This document shows positions 36,421 to 48,500 of a stretch of 64,000 nucleotides of DNA, in pieces. The stretch is taken from positions 73,160,001 through 73,224,000 of the forward strand of contig CM060731.1 of the NCBI GenBank assembly GCA_030704615.1. Direction: 5' to 3'. Each line of letters opens with the position of its first letter. Within the stretch, counting starts at the first letter, position 1. The stretch comes from Takakia lepidozioides (lineage: Eukaryota; Plantae; Bryophyta). The position numbers and the translations under genes were made by a program. The notes below the pieces were generated by a model. The model was given only the letters and a program-made list of their open reading frames with translations. It did not search any database and was not told the origin of the DNA.

Positions 36421-37328
36421 TAATAGGGGAACTACTGGTTCACCTTTAGAACCATTTTAGATTGACCTCATACTTGTTCGGTAACTTAAAGAGGGCATGT
36501 ACAACACACTTCCAAAGTTTCAAATCAATCTAAAATCATTTGGCAGGGGAACGATTGGTTCATCCATTGACCCGGTGTACACTGTCACTCTTCAAGATTC
36601 GTGGGTGTGGTGCTTGATTATCCCATATGATGGACCCAGGTGCCATGCCCAAGTAACAAACCATTAAAACATTATGGTACGAGACAAACACAATTGAAAA
36701 CAACATTTATTCAAACATGATGTAATAGGGGAACTATTGGTTCACCTTTAGAACCATTTTAGATTGACCTCATATTTGTTCGGTAACTTAAAAAGGGCAT
36801 GTACAACACACTTCCAAAGTTTCAAATCAATCTAAAATCATTTGGCAGGGGAACGATTGGTTCATCCATTGACCCGGTGTACACTGTCACTCTTCAAGAT
36901 TCGTGGGTGTGGTGCTTGATTATCCCATATGATGGACCCAGGTGCCATGCCCAAGTAACAAACCATTAAAACATTATGGTACGAGACAAACACAATTGAA
37001 AACAACATTTACTCAAACATGATGTAATAGGGGAACTATTGGTTCACCTTTAGAACCATTTTAGATTGACCTCATATTTGTTCGGTAACTTAAAGAGGGC
37101 ATGTACAACACACTTCCAAAGTTTCAAATCAATCTAAAATCATTTGGCAGGGGAACGATTGGTTCATCCATTGACCCGGTGTACACTGTCACTCTTCAAG
37201 ATTCGTGGGTGTGGTGCTTGATTATCCCATATGATGGACCCAGGTGCCATGGCCAAGTAACAAACCATTAAAACATTATGGTACGAGACAAACACAATTG
37301 AAAACAACATTTATTCAAACATGATGTA
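36421..37328. repeat. Tandem repeat, 302 bp x 3, near identical
   Basis: Units start at 36421, 36723 and 37025 with TAATAGGGGAACTA.TGGTTCACC. Confidence 0.95.
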
Positions 37329-37339
37329 GCGTCAGAGAT

Positions 37340-38401
37340 CTACAAGTTTCTATCCATCCTCCAGCAATTTTTGGGCTCAGGCCAATTGAATAGCCCCGTC
37401 ATGAAACGCTTCACAATATTTTTCTAGTTTGTACCGCAACTCTACTGTGTCTTTCCAAAGCCAAACAGAATCGAACCAGTCGGTTGACTTCCTGCATTTT
37501 CTGCTCCGTCCCCCGTCGTTCCATTAACTCCCTGTTATCTCGATCGTTCCCCCATTTCCTATCAATACTCAACCATGATCGTATGGTCCCCCCATTCCAC
37601 CAATCTGTGTAACCTTCATTTCGACGTGGATGCAACGCAAAATACTTTATGATGCCGAAATGATGGAACTTTACAGCCAACGCCTCATTGTTATGTTGGA
37701 CTTTGGCAAGCTCAACATTTGTTTCCCTGGGCGTTTTCCCTGCTAGCTCCCAAGATGGAGGATCCCCAACAATTCTAACCCTCCGAATTGTACCATACCC
37801 TCCATGTTTGGGCGCGTCGAGTTCTTGTACTTGTGCGTTTGTGGATATGTATCTCACGTTCAATGCCGCATCCGCGGACGAGGACCCTGCCTTCCATGGA
37901 AGTGGTTTTGTACGTTGTTTGGCGTGGGCCTTTGCCATGTCAGACCACCAATCCACAAGCACAAAGAACTCCTCCTCCGAAGTTGGCATGCGACCTTTCA
38001 GCTACAGGTGTTCTCGTAACAAACTTGTCCATGGTTTGCTTCAGATTCCATGTGGCATCATGGGCCCAATCCTCCATCCATTTCGTGAACTGGAACTTCG
38101 CCCTGTCCTCCTCCCATTCATCCCCGGCCAAAGCCTCCCTCATTCTTATCTCCATATTGTGCTGGAATCTAAGGAACCCCTCATTCCCATATCGGACATA
38201 CAAAAGATTCAAACGCATTATATCATTGTCCTTTAAATAATCCAGCATTACTTGCTTCACCACCTTCGCGGCCTCTGCGTTTGGATGGTCTTTTTTGTTG
38301 ACCTGACTATCCCGTTCATCTACATGTTTACGCTTCCTACCTTTACGCCCACTTCCCGAGGAACCCCCTGACACTGCGTTCGAAGCAATGTTTCCGGACA
38401 T
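37340..38401 (-). pseudogene. Intronless protein kinase-like ORF; N-lobe present, catalytic C-lobe not seen; frameshift near 37990
   Basis: HGGYGTIRRVRI (glycine loop), ELAGK (ATP lysine), NEALA (helix C), HFGIIKYF, WWNGGTIRSWL; N-terminal basic NLS-like RKGRKRKH; no HRD or DFG. Confidence 0.7.
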
Positions 38402-39869
38402 GATGAAAGTACTCTGCGGAATAGACGCGGCTTCGTAACGGAAAACTAAACCTAGACTATTGATAACCTTATATACTAGCAGACCAATTTCCTCACCCTC
38501 TATTGGTATAGTACCCAAAGCAAACTCTCCCACAGTCCTAGGAAAAAAAGACAAAAACTCCTTCCCACACAAATCCACTTTCTCCCCCCCCCCCACGCTC
38601 AGTCCTGGCCACCGAAGTTCAAACTCCAAGAAGCCCCAGAACCGCACTCACAAAGAGGGAAAAAAATGGGTTGGGAATGAGGGGTAGGCCCTTATATACT
38701 GCCTGGAGAGGCCTGGCGTGCGACCGCCTCTCCCATAAGCGGTCACACCTAATAACAAAAAAGAAAAAGTCGATGAAATAAAGTTCATAAATTCAAAAAA
38801 TCCAATCATAACCTTAAAAAAATTCATAAAGAAATAAAACAAAACACAGACCTCATACAATACTTACTAATTATATTGAAAATCCTTCCACAAACATTTG
38901 TTTTGTTTTAATCAAGAATAAAATAATGTAAAACAAGATAAATATATAAGGAGAAAAAAATAAAAATCTTGTTTAAAAAAAAATTCGATCACAAAACTTT
39001 GAGTGTTATTTCATATTTTCCAATAGAGTACCATGTCACAACAACCAAATATTAATACTTTCTTAAGAGAGACCTGCTAAACCAATGACAGCTGATAAAC
39101 ACACCTTGATAAATTAAAGTATTTTTGTTTTTATCTAAATAATCCTCAAATATATATACATATATATATCTACATACATCTGGCCAAGGGGAGCAATATA
39201 TTGAGTACAGTCTCTTTGAATCAGTCCACTAGTGGATTGAGGTTCTAGCCCTCTTAGTACTGACATCAATGTTTTTGGGTGCATCTGGATCATCTGGGAC
39301 GTATGCAGTGTTATTTCCTTTGGACTTAGCACATGACCAGATTTATTTTGTGAATTCTAGTTAACGTCCTATACGTTAGTATGCTCGGAAACTAATATAT
39401 CTGTATGTTGTTAGTTGGAACTGTAACGTCAATATGAAATTGAATCTACAACTAACCAATGAAAAGAAGAATGATAGGATAAAAAAGCAGGTCGAACATA
39501 GCTTCTTGAATGCTCGGAGCAATGATCGAGAAATTTAAGTCGGCTGAATGGAAAGGCAGACACGTGACAATGATAGAGAGAGGAACGTAACAGTATGACA
39601 AATTCCAGCACTTTGCTAGCCAATTTGTCCCATGACATGATGTTGAAAAAGAATGCAAATGGATATGTTATGAGACATTTGGCACCATATTGTTCTTTGT
39701 GCAATGTTATGTGCTGAAAATTGGCACAGAATTTGAAGATTTGTACACAAGAAACACACAATGTGAATATGTGAACTAAGAAGACAGTTGAAACATGAAC
39801 CCAGAGCACTGCCAAAATGGAACAACGACCTACCACGGCTTCTACGCAAAACAACATCTTTTACAGCTA

Positions 39870-41722
39870 CGACGTTGTCTGGTGGATGACGCAAGTTTGG
39901 CATGTCTCTGTCCACTTTATCTAAGTTGGAATTGAGCATGACAGGTGAATCTCCGTTGACTATTTGGTTGGCTGATCAACGGAAGATACGGCCAATGGGC
40001 TACATAGCGAATGCTAAGATGAAGACAGGAGGATACGCGTACGCAGTGGAGCGTAGCTACGGCGTGAGCCTAGCCGCGTGAGCCCAGGAGCTCGGCTCAC
40101 GCTTTGCCCTCTAAGCGTGAGCCCAGGGTTTAAAGGAGGGAGAAGCAAACCTTCTCTAGTCACTGTTCTTATAAGTATACTCCTGCAACAGCCACACCCA
40201 CTAGTGAGTTGCTTTTCAACCCACCGACAATAGTAGAACTATCTAGAAAGTAGAACATTCTAGAAAAGTCAACTAGTGAACTTAGGGAGGATTGCTGGGA
40301 ATTCTTAGGATCGTTTGATTGCTCACTTGACAGTCACCAATTCCCACATCATAGGATCCATGTGCAACCTATAGACATGATCGAACGCCTTATTTTTTAC
40401 TTGAAGGTCTTTCCCACCAAACATGTATGCCATATTCTAGCCCGCGAGTAGCAGTTTTAACGGGTTCTGGACCTAGATGGCGGGTCCGGGTTCATTTAAA
40501 AATGGACCCGGGTCAGGGTCCGAGTTTTTGGTGATGGCACGGGTCCGGATCCGGATAGGTAACCCAGACCCTAACCGGGGTTCTTTTTAGGGATTTTGAA
40601 AAGGAGTAGGAGTGGCTATATATATTGGGTGTAAGCTAGTGCAAGTGGCCCACTCTAGGTAATTTTCCTCGAATTGGTAGGCTACATGTATTTTCACCCT
40701 TGCCATATTTTGCGAATCAAATGGATGTTGATGAGCAATAGAAGGTGAAGTACAGAAATAGTTAAAAACCATAGGATGAATGGAACTCTTTCTATTCTAT
40801 GTGAAAACCATAGGCTAATTGGTGCAAATGAGGTGTATAGTTCTCGCAAGACCGGCGACAAGCATCTCCTTGGGATGGGAAACGGAGGAGGCTCCACAAT
40901 CTCAACCCACTCCTCATCTGGCCCGTCAGATCATCTTATATGGGGCCCGCCATGGCTACATTTGTGTTGCCCCCGTGGGTCCACAGGCGAGGACCTTTTT
41001 GAGACCCCCAGATTTTGGCGAAAACTGCATTATTTGGACATTATTTTCCCTTTGTTTCATTCGCCAAGGGGATTTTCAGGCGGCCAAATGGCGAAAAATC
41101 GCCAATAAAAAAAACGCTGACCCTAACCCGCCGGGTACCCAAGGTGAAAATCCGGACCCGCATAACATTGTCGTCGAGGATCATCCTGAAAACATGATCA
41201 TGAAGAAATTGAGTGTGTCGACGTACTCGGTTCTCCGCGGGGGTGGGATTTTTTTTTTTTTTTCCCCCTTCCCCCCCACTGGGTACTCGGGGTGAACATC
41301 CGCACCTGCACAACACTGTCGTCAATGTCGTCGATGATCATCCTGAAATCATGATCATGAAGAAATTGAGTGCGTTGACACACTCAGTTCTGCGCGGGGG
41401 AGAGGGGGGGAAGAAAAAAAAAAAAAAGAAGATATATATATATATCCCCCCCCCCCCACCTCTTACCCGCCGGTACCCAAGGTGAAAAACCGGACCCGCA
41501 CAACTCCGTCGATCATGAAGAAATTGAGTGCGTTGACGCACTCAGTTGTCCACCAGGGGGGGGTTTTGGGGGACGAAAAAATAAAAATAAAAATAAAAAT
41601 AAAAATAAAAAAATATTTCCCCTCCCCCCTCCCCCCATGGAGGACTAAGTGCGTCAACGCACTCAATTGCTTCATGATCATCGACGACATCTATCCAAAT
41701 GCAGGGGAAAAAAAGAAAAAAG

Positions 41723-41766
<44 letters not shown>

Positions 41767-42290
41767 TCTCATGTGCTTGACGCCCCCTTAATTCCCAACC
41801 CTGTTTCCCTCCACGAACATGGCAGTTTGCTAAGGGTTAGGGTTAGGGTTAGGGTTTGGAGTTACGATTTGCAGCGTTTCCCTGGTTTGTCGCGTTTGCC
41901 GTGTTTCCGTGGTAATGACGTCACCTTAATTCCCAGCCTGTTTCCCTTCACGAACATGGCAGTTCGCTAGGGTTAGGGGTTAGGGTTTGCCGTGTTTGTC
42001 GATTTGCCGTGTTCGTCGTGTTTCCGCGGTAATGGGTGCTCATCCGCAGAAATACACCCTGCATCTTCCCCCATTCTCGTGCCATAGGCTCCTGGGCTCA
42101 CGTCAGGCTCCTGGGCTCACAGGCTCCTGGGCTCGCGTGGCTACGCTCACACTCTAGCACCCCCCTACGCAGTGGACTTCCAAATCATCGACTTCCCCAT
42201 TGACGAATATTCTTACGCCCTTCTATTAGGAAGGCCGTGGTTGGTCCAGTCCCGAGTACGAACGGACTGGGGCAGGCACTATCACCTATG
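39870..42290 (+). mobile_element. Ty3/Gypsy aspartic protease remnant split by a 2.1-kb insertion
   Basis: SPLTIWLADQRKIRPMGYIANAKMKTGGYAYAV (to 40050) continues as DFQIIDFPIDEYSYALLLGRPWL (from about 42175). Confidence 0.8.
40051..42165. mobile_element. Non-coding 2115-bp insertion with 11-bp TSD and inverted subterminal GTGAGCCCAGGAGC motifs
   Basis: TACGCAGTGGA at 40040-40050 and 42166-42176; GAGCGTAGC/GCTACGCTC and GTGAGCCCAGGAGC/GCTCCTGGGCTCAC in inverted orientation at the two ends. Confidence 0.85.
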
Positions 42291-42429
42291 GGGTAAGGAT
42301 AGATGTCTCGTCCCTCTCCCCAACTGCACCAACGCCACCGTACTAAGCTTGAAACACGTTCTCCAAATTAAATGAAACTACAAACTCCTCGCCCACCTAG
42401 TATAACACCATTCTTAGTTTCTCTTGTCC

Positions 42430-43400
42430 CAACTACCTATACACTCTTCACGTTCTCCAAGTTAAACCATGCAACCTCTTTGACCCACATAATATAATAC
42501 AATTCTTTGTCTCTCGTGTCCCAACTCCTTGTAAGTTTTACACTTGCTCGTTGCACAGAATCGCTCTCTACAACAGTGATGTACATCGCCAACAAAACCA
42601 ACGTGTTTTTTTTTTGTCTACCTATCAAACCTGCACCAAAATTATGAATGAAAACCCAAAATTTTATCCAAAACTTCATCCAATGCTTGTCCATCAATGA
42701 ATGGCTCCGTGAAAAATTAACCTTGAGACTCCATAACCCTTTGCGTAGTTCTGTCTTTAAGAAGGCATGCCAATAAACACACCACGCCTCCCAAAGGAAG
42801 CATAGATTATGGTGTCTCTTGATCCCAGGGCTACTGCTTTCCGACAGGAAGGTGGATATCTTTGTGACATCAATTGGGAGATTGAACCCACAACCACTTC
42901 CCAGGTGGTATGTGTCCATTACCATTGGGCTAGAGCTTGGTTTGTTGGGAAAATGAGATATTCGTTGGAAAATTAGTCGAGTAGATAACTTCCTAAAGGA
43001 ACCACCTCAAGCATGATCGAGATAATAGATATCATCTGCCAATGTCATCCTGAAACTACATCCAACCATAATTCGTCACTCTATTTACAACAACTCCTCT
43101 CTAAAACATTTTAACCAAAAATGTGGATTATTGCCTAGGCAAAGGTTACTGCATTCCCATTGAAATGTGGACATTTGTATGACATCCAACACACTTACGT
43201 GGTTTTGATCCCACACCACTGGTAAGATATTATGCCCCAACCATTATCTATTGGATGTGTCGACCCCACCATCATCTTAATCCACTCCAGGTTTTTTTTT
43301 GGTTGGGTTCCGAAGAATTGGCCTTCCTCTCATTTGATTGTCCACCCATAAAAGCATGAAACACATGGTAATAAATTGACCCCCAATCACTGAAAATCGA
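42430..43400 (-). mobile_element. Possible highly degenerate LINE 3' remnant
   Basis: Trp-rich broken frames loosely resembling zf-RVT regions; weak. Confidence 0.25.
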
Positions 43401-43548
43401 TTCATCGGCCCTTGGATGAAACTTGCTAAATACATTTGTTCCAATAATCAAGCTACCCTCATTGGATGATGACGCAATTTTGCTAGCAATAGAATTCACA
43501 TCCGTTAAACCAAATTCAGATTTATCTTATTTTATCTTTAATAAAATT

Positions 43549-43780
43549 AGGCTTTCAATGGAAAAAACAGCGTCCATGTGGCTGTCCAATCTGCAATTTC
43601 CATTGGACATAAATTTAGGACAAAGTTTTCTAGGATCCGCGCTCGGTCAAATGGTCAAAGAACAAATTGGGGTTCCGCCGTTTTAACTGTTGTGAGTGGA
43701 GCTATCAACTTGAGCTATCGATTTTTAATACAACCAGTGGACACTTGCCAGCTGGAATGAACCATTTTTTTCCACAGCCT
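43549..43780. mobile_element. Possible MITE
   Basis: Imperfect terminal inverted repeats AGGCT..TGGAAAAAA / TTTTTTCCACAGCCT about 230 bp apart in AT-rich flanks. Confidence 0.35.
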
Positions 43781-44009
43781 TTTTAATGCCATGAAGGCTG
43801 AGAATTGAGAACAGAACAGGAGACCGTGGCCCTGTAAATTTTATTAAAAGGTAAGGAAAAAACAACCTTACAATGCCATGAAGTCTGAGAATTGAGGTTC
43901 CACTCGATGTGGAATGAGAGAAGAATCAGTGAATCAGGATGAGGAGGAAGAGAAGGGATGGAACTTGTGGAATGCATTTTTGGACTCTGAAAGAGAAAAA
44001 GCATTAAGT

Positions 44010-44530
44010 TTGTAAGTTTCATCAGATAAGCGACCAAAACCGGCCGGTCACACGAATTATTCTAGGAATGATTTGTGAGGGTAAGTTTCATCAAATAAGC
44101 AACGCCGAATTCTTCTAGGAATGATTTGTGAGGGTAAATTTCATCAAATTACCGAAACCGGCCCACAAGAGTAATTCTAGGAATGATTTGTGAGTTAAGT
44201 TTCATCTAACAAGCAACTGCCACATGAATTCTTCTAGGAATGATTTGTGAGGGTAAGTTTCATCAAATAAGCAACGCCGAATTCTTCTACGAATGATTTG
44301 TGAGGGTAAATTTCATCAAATTACCGAAACCGGCCCACAAGAGTAATTCTAGGAATGATTTGTGAGTTAAGTTTCATCTAACAAGCAACTGCCACATGAA
44401 TTCTTCTACGAATGATTTGTGAGGGTAAGTTTCATCTGACAAGTGACCGAAACCGCCCTGCCGGAAGTGTTACAGGAATGATCTCTGATGGTAAGTTTCA
44501 TTCAACAAGCAACCGAAACCGTCCGGAGGG
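44010..44530. repeat. Minisatellite with a 33-bp conserved core and 53/62/57-bp units forming a 172-bp higher-order repeat
   Basis: TTCTAGGAATGATTTGTGAGGGTAAGTTTCATC cores at 44060, 44113, 44175, 44232, 44285, 44347, 44404 and a degenerate one at 44470. Confidence 0.92.
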
Positions 44531-45506
44531 GTTACTTTACAACACGGAACCGGCAGAACCTAGTCATCACCCAAGCAGATTCCACGTGGAATGGTTGAGG
44601 GCTACAAGATTAGGTGGAGACAATCTGGGCCCTTCGATGCGGAAACTGAGAAGCGGTGGCTAATTACGGAGGGTAATCGCCCATCGGACGGCCACAGACT
44701 GCCCCGCCTCCGCCTCCAGGCTCTCGTCTGGAGCACAGGGAGGGAGGTTGGGGGGGGGAGGATCAACGCATTGCGATGTGTGGGATTGTGCGAGGCGAGA
44801 GAGAGGCAATTAGGGTCGGGCTGGGGCTCTCCTGGTAGCAGCCTGTGTGTTTTTGCGCAGCCTGGAGGTGTGCACAGTGCTGTGCACTAGTGGAATTCAG
44901 TTGTGGTGTGCACAGCTTGTGTTTGGGCGTGTGGCACTCCAGCGATATGGGGTCTTGAGTGTAGGGTGGTGTGCCTGTTGCCTCTCCTTGCTCCTTGGAG
45001 TTTTCAGTTTCTGCTACCATCGTATGCCCCGTCGTTTGTCTCTGAAACTCTGTTGGGATGCGGGTTGGCTCCAGCGATTGACCTCGAGTGTGTGTCCGTA
45101 ACCCTAGCCTGCCGTGTTGTGTTGCAATGCCCTGGCGAATGACCATCTCATGTAGATTTTTCTGAAGGAGGGATGTCAGCACCAGAGGGAAACTGGAATG
45201 AATGAATTGGGGTTGGAACCCTGAGTTCACAGGCGGGCTTTTCCAGGTGGCATATTGTGGGAGTTTCATGCTTTTTTGGGGGGATCCTCCCTTCAAGGCT
45301 GGTGCTGCACAGTGCAGAGCAAGCGGATAGTCTTTCTGTGGGTAGCAGATTTGGGCACATCTTTGTATGAGAGCTGGAAATAGGTGTCATCCCGTAGACC
45401 TAGGTTATGTTGCGACCATGGTCAATAGATCGTGTCAGAGGAACAGTTTGAATGGACTGTTCACTGAGCAACTGAGGGGGAGCTGGTCAGTGTAGGCTTC
45501 CCACTC

Positions 45507-48500
45507 ATGGGTGCAAGGGTGCCGGAAGGTATGGCGTCTTTGGAGGATTTGAGAAGCGGGGGCTCTGAGGATGAGATTGCCCCGGAGTCATGGGAGATGG
45601 CGGATTTGGAAGATAGTATCAAGAAATTGATGGCTTCCTCGTCCTTAGCATCAGCGATGAGTGAAGAACGAAGTGGCCTTGAGAATGAAGTGATTAGCAG
45701 GGGTCTCGTATGCGGTGAGGCATCAGAAGCCGGGAAGAGTGTGGATCAAGTTGATGGATTTCTGCGGGAGGCACTTCAAAACCCTCGGGACCGCCTAACC
45801 AGTAAGTTTCTCGGTCAGAAGTCGTCAGTTAGTGCATGCTAATGTCTTCGAAATAAATAATTGAATCCATCAAGTGCATGCTCATAAGTTAACAGTTGAG
45901 CATGAAAGGGACTGGACTATTACCTTCTGAAATCTACCAGGTTGATGATTGTTCGCTGACTCGAGAATGATCATGTTTTGTGAAGGACCTTCCGAAAATT
46001 CCAAGTGTTCTTGCAGCGGTCAAAGTATAGGGTTCAATCCAAAATAATGTCTCAACCCGATCTATCTGACTGCTTAAAGGATGTTCCCTACCAAGAAACG
46101 CCTGTGAGTAGTCATTGAATCACTTCCGAGTTGACAGGTGTCGAAGTTTCGAAGACAACTTTTGCCAACAATGAAGTCCAACACGAGTCGTCTCTCATCT
46201 GAAGCCAACAATGACAAGACTGCAGATTCAGCTGACTTTATCTGTGGCTTTACTCGGGGTTTTACAGCTAGCTCATATGCACTGTGGCCTTGAGGCTTTT
46301 AAGCAGACCCATTTAGAAGGGGTGCTGACATTGGACTCTAATGATTTTTGTGTCCACTTCATTAAAGTAGAAGTTTATCTTCTCACCTAAGCTTGTCTTC
46401 AACAATCCCGTTGGACATTTATGACGGGGGCCATTATTTGTTGAGTCATGTCTGAGTGTACTACTTTTTTCAGTCAGTTTATGATATGATAAGCTGATCT
46501 GCAGCCCTAAGTAACTTTGCCTTTGGGAGTTCCCCTGCTATGGCAAATGAAAGTCTGAAATTCATGAATCCGGATCATTCATTTGCTCCAAGTCTGCCTG
46601 AGGTGAGTGCATAACAAACTCATCTCTGTGTTGGTTCTGCTAATGCCCTTATGAAAGTAGGTTATGTAAGCATGATCTATGGATTGTCTGTGTTGGCCTT
46701 GGGTGGCAGTTTTGAGACTGGAGCAGGAGGTGGAGAGGTTCATTCGCAACCCGACTCAGCAGATTTTGGAGTTTCAACCCATGCCTTCATCATACTTGCG
46801 ATTGGCTGCACACCGTGTTGCACAACATTACTTTCTGCAGTCCATGGTGATGGATAGTGGGTCAACAGAGGGAAGCCGCATTGTGGCTCGGAAAACGGGT
46901 GACAGTCGGTACCCTACTGTGCGCCTTGTGGATATTCCTGTGGAGAGTCCTCAAGAAGATAAGGCAGTAGTTCTACCCCCAATGCCCACCAAGGTTGCCA
47001 TCAAGCAGAGGCCTCAGAAAGGGGGTCGTGCTAATGGAGATGGGAGTGGAGTTGGTGGCTATGGTGCAAAGCTTAATCCAGCGAAGAGTGTGGAGGAGAG
47101 GAAGGAGGAGTATAATAAGGTGAGGTTTACAAGGGTTAAAACCTTTCAATAGTGAGCGGCTTGGTTTGTGGAGCAAATCAAGGATGGGAAAGTTGATGTG
47201 TAGGATGTGTTACAGGTCGGTCATGGACATGAGAGCCACTAGGCATGTGTTGTGTCCAACCAGCACCTTCTATTGATAATTTGTACACCATATTGAGAAC
47301 GCTACAGGGCCCTTTCTGTCAATTTTCTTGTCATATTTTTGGTTTTTAGTTGATGTTGCATGTTAGTTGTCTTCTAGAACATGATAGCTCTACTGAAAGG
47401 GAGTTCCCTATCAACATATGTTTATGCTGTTGTTGAACTATTTCAACCAGGCCAGGGCGAGAATCTTCTGCAATGAGCTGGCCGGGAAGGGTGTTGAAGA
47501 TGACTGTGAGTTGGAGGTTGGCCCCTCAGATGAGTTCTATGTGGTGGAGGTTGCAAGTGTGGATGAGAAGGCTAAAGCAGAGGAGCCAGTGGAGGATAGT
47601 CCACCTAAAGGGTTTGTGGAGTCACCCTCTAGAGGTGTCAGGATGTTTGTCACAAATGCAGAAAAGGAGAAAGAACCGCTGGGCAGGGTGAAGGTGAGTA
47701 ACATTGTCATTGGCAATGGTACTGGGCACAGTGTAGGCAACTATAATGGCAGCAGCCGGGTTGCCATTTTTCGTGACCGTGAGAAGGACCGTCGTGATCC
47801 AGATTATGATCGGAACACTCCCAGGTGTGTCAATCTTGTAGTATTGTAAGGATATGTGGAACCGAGCTGTGAGATTTGTTCGCATTAGTAGAAGTTCCAG
47901 CCTGTGGCCTGGCAACTGTGGGTATTAGTGGTCCTTGCATGGTCATAATGATGGCTGTGGTGATATCACTGCAGTTTCTGACATGGGCATGGGCTACTTG
48001 CATGGGCATGTGAAGCTTTGGTGGTGAGAAGTACAGCAGGTTATGAAGCTGATCACTTGTATATTGCTCAGTCAGTGGGAACACTGAGTGACAAGTATCT
48101 TTTGTTGCTTCACCTGTTAAAAGATCTCTCCCTCTTGAACTGGGTAATAGGATCCGAATCTCGCCAACAAAAATGTAGACATTCATCAGCCAAAGCATTG
48201 AGGTCTCACAAGTGTCTGGGTATCACGTGCCTTGTTTGTGTCTGAAAGTGTATTTTTTCTGCTTATGGAGCACATGGGGGTGGTGGCAGGTATGCACAGC
48301 GCTTTGATCCTGGCTTTGGAGTGAATGTGGCGCCATTTGGAGTGCAGGCCTTGTATGCTCCGCTGGTGAACTACAATACGGAGTTCCCGCAGCTGGGTGG
48401 TCCCCCCAGGCCGCAGATGCACATGGAGCCCCCACCACCTCCTCCTATTCCGCAGCAGCACCTGCAGGCTCCCTGGGTACCCCCAGTGAATGCTCTTGGT

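Noticed and set aside
41830-41990. True chromosome end or fusion point
   Set aside because: Only about four repeats, inside a TSD-bounded insertion
44010-44530. CRISPR array (33-bp repeat with spacers)
   Set aside because: Linkers recur in A-B-C-A-B-C order and resemble each other; no cas genes; eukaryotic context
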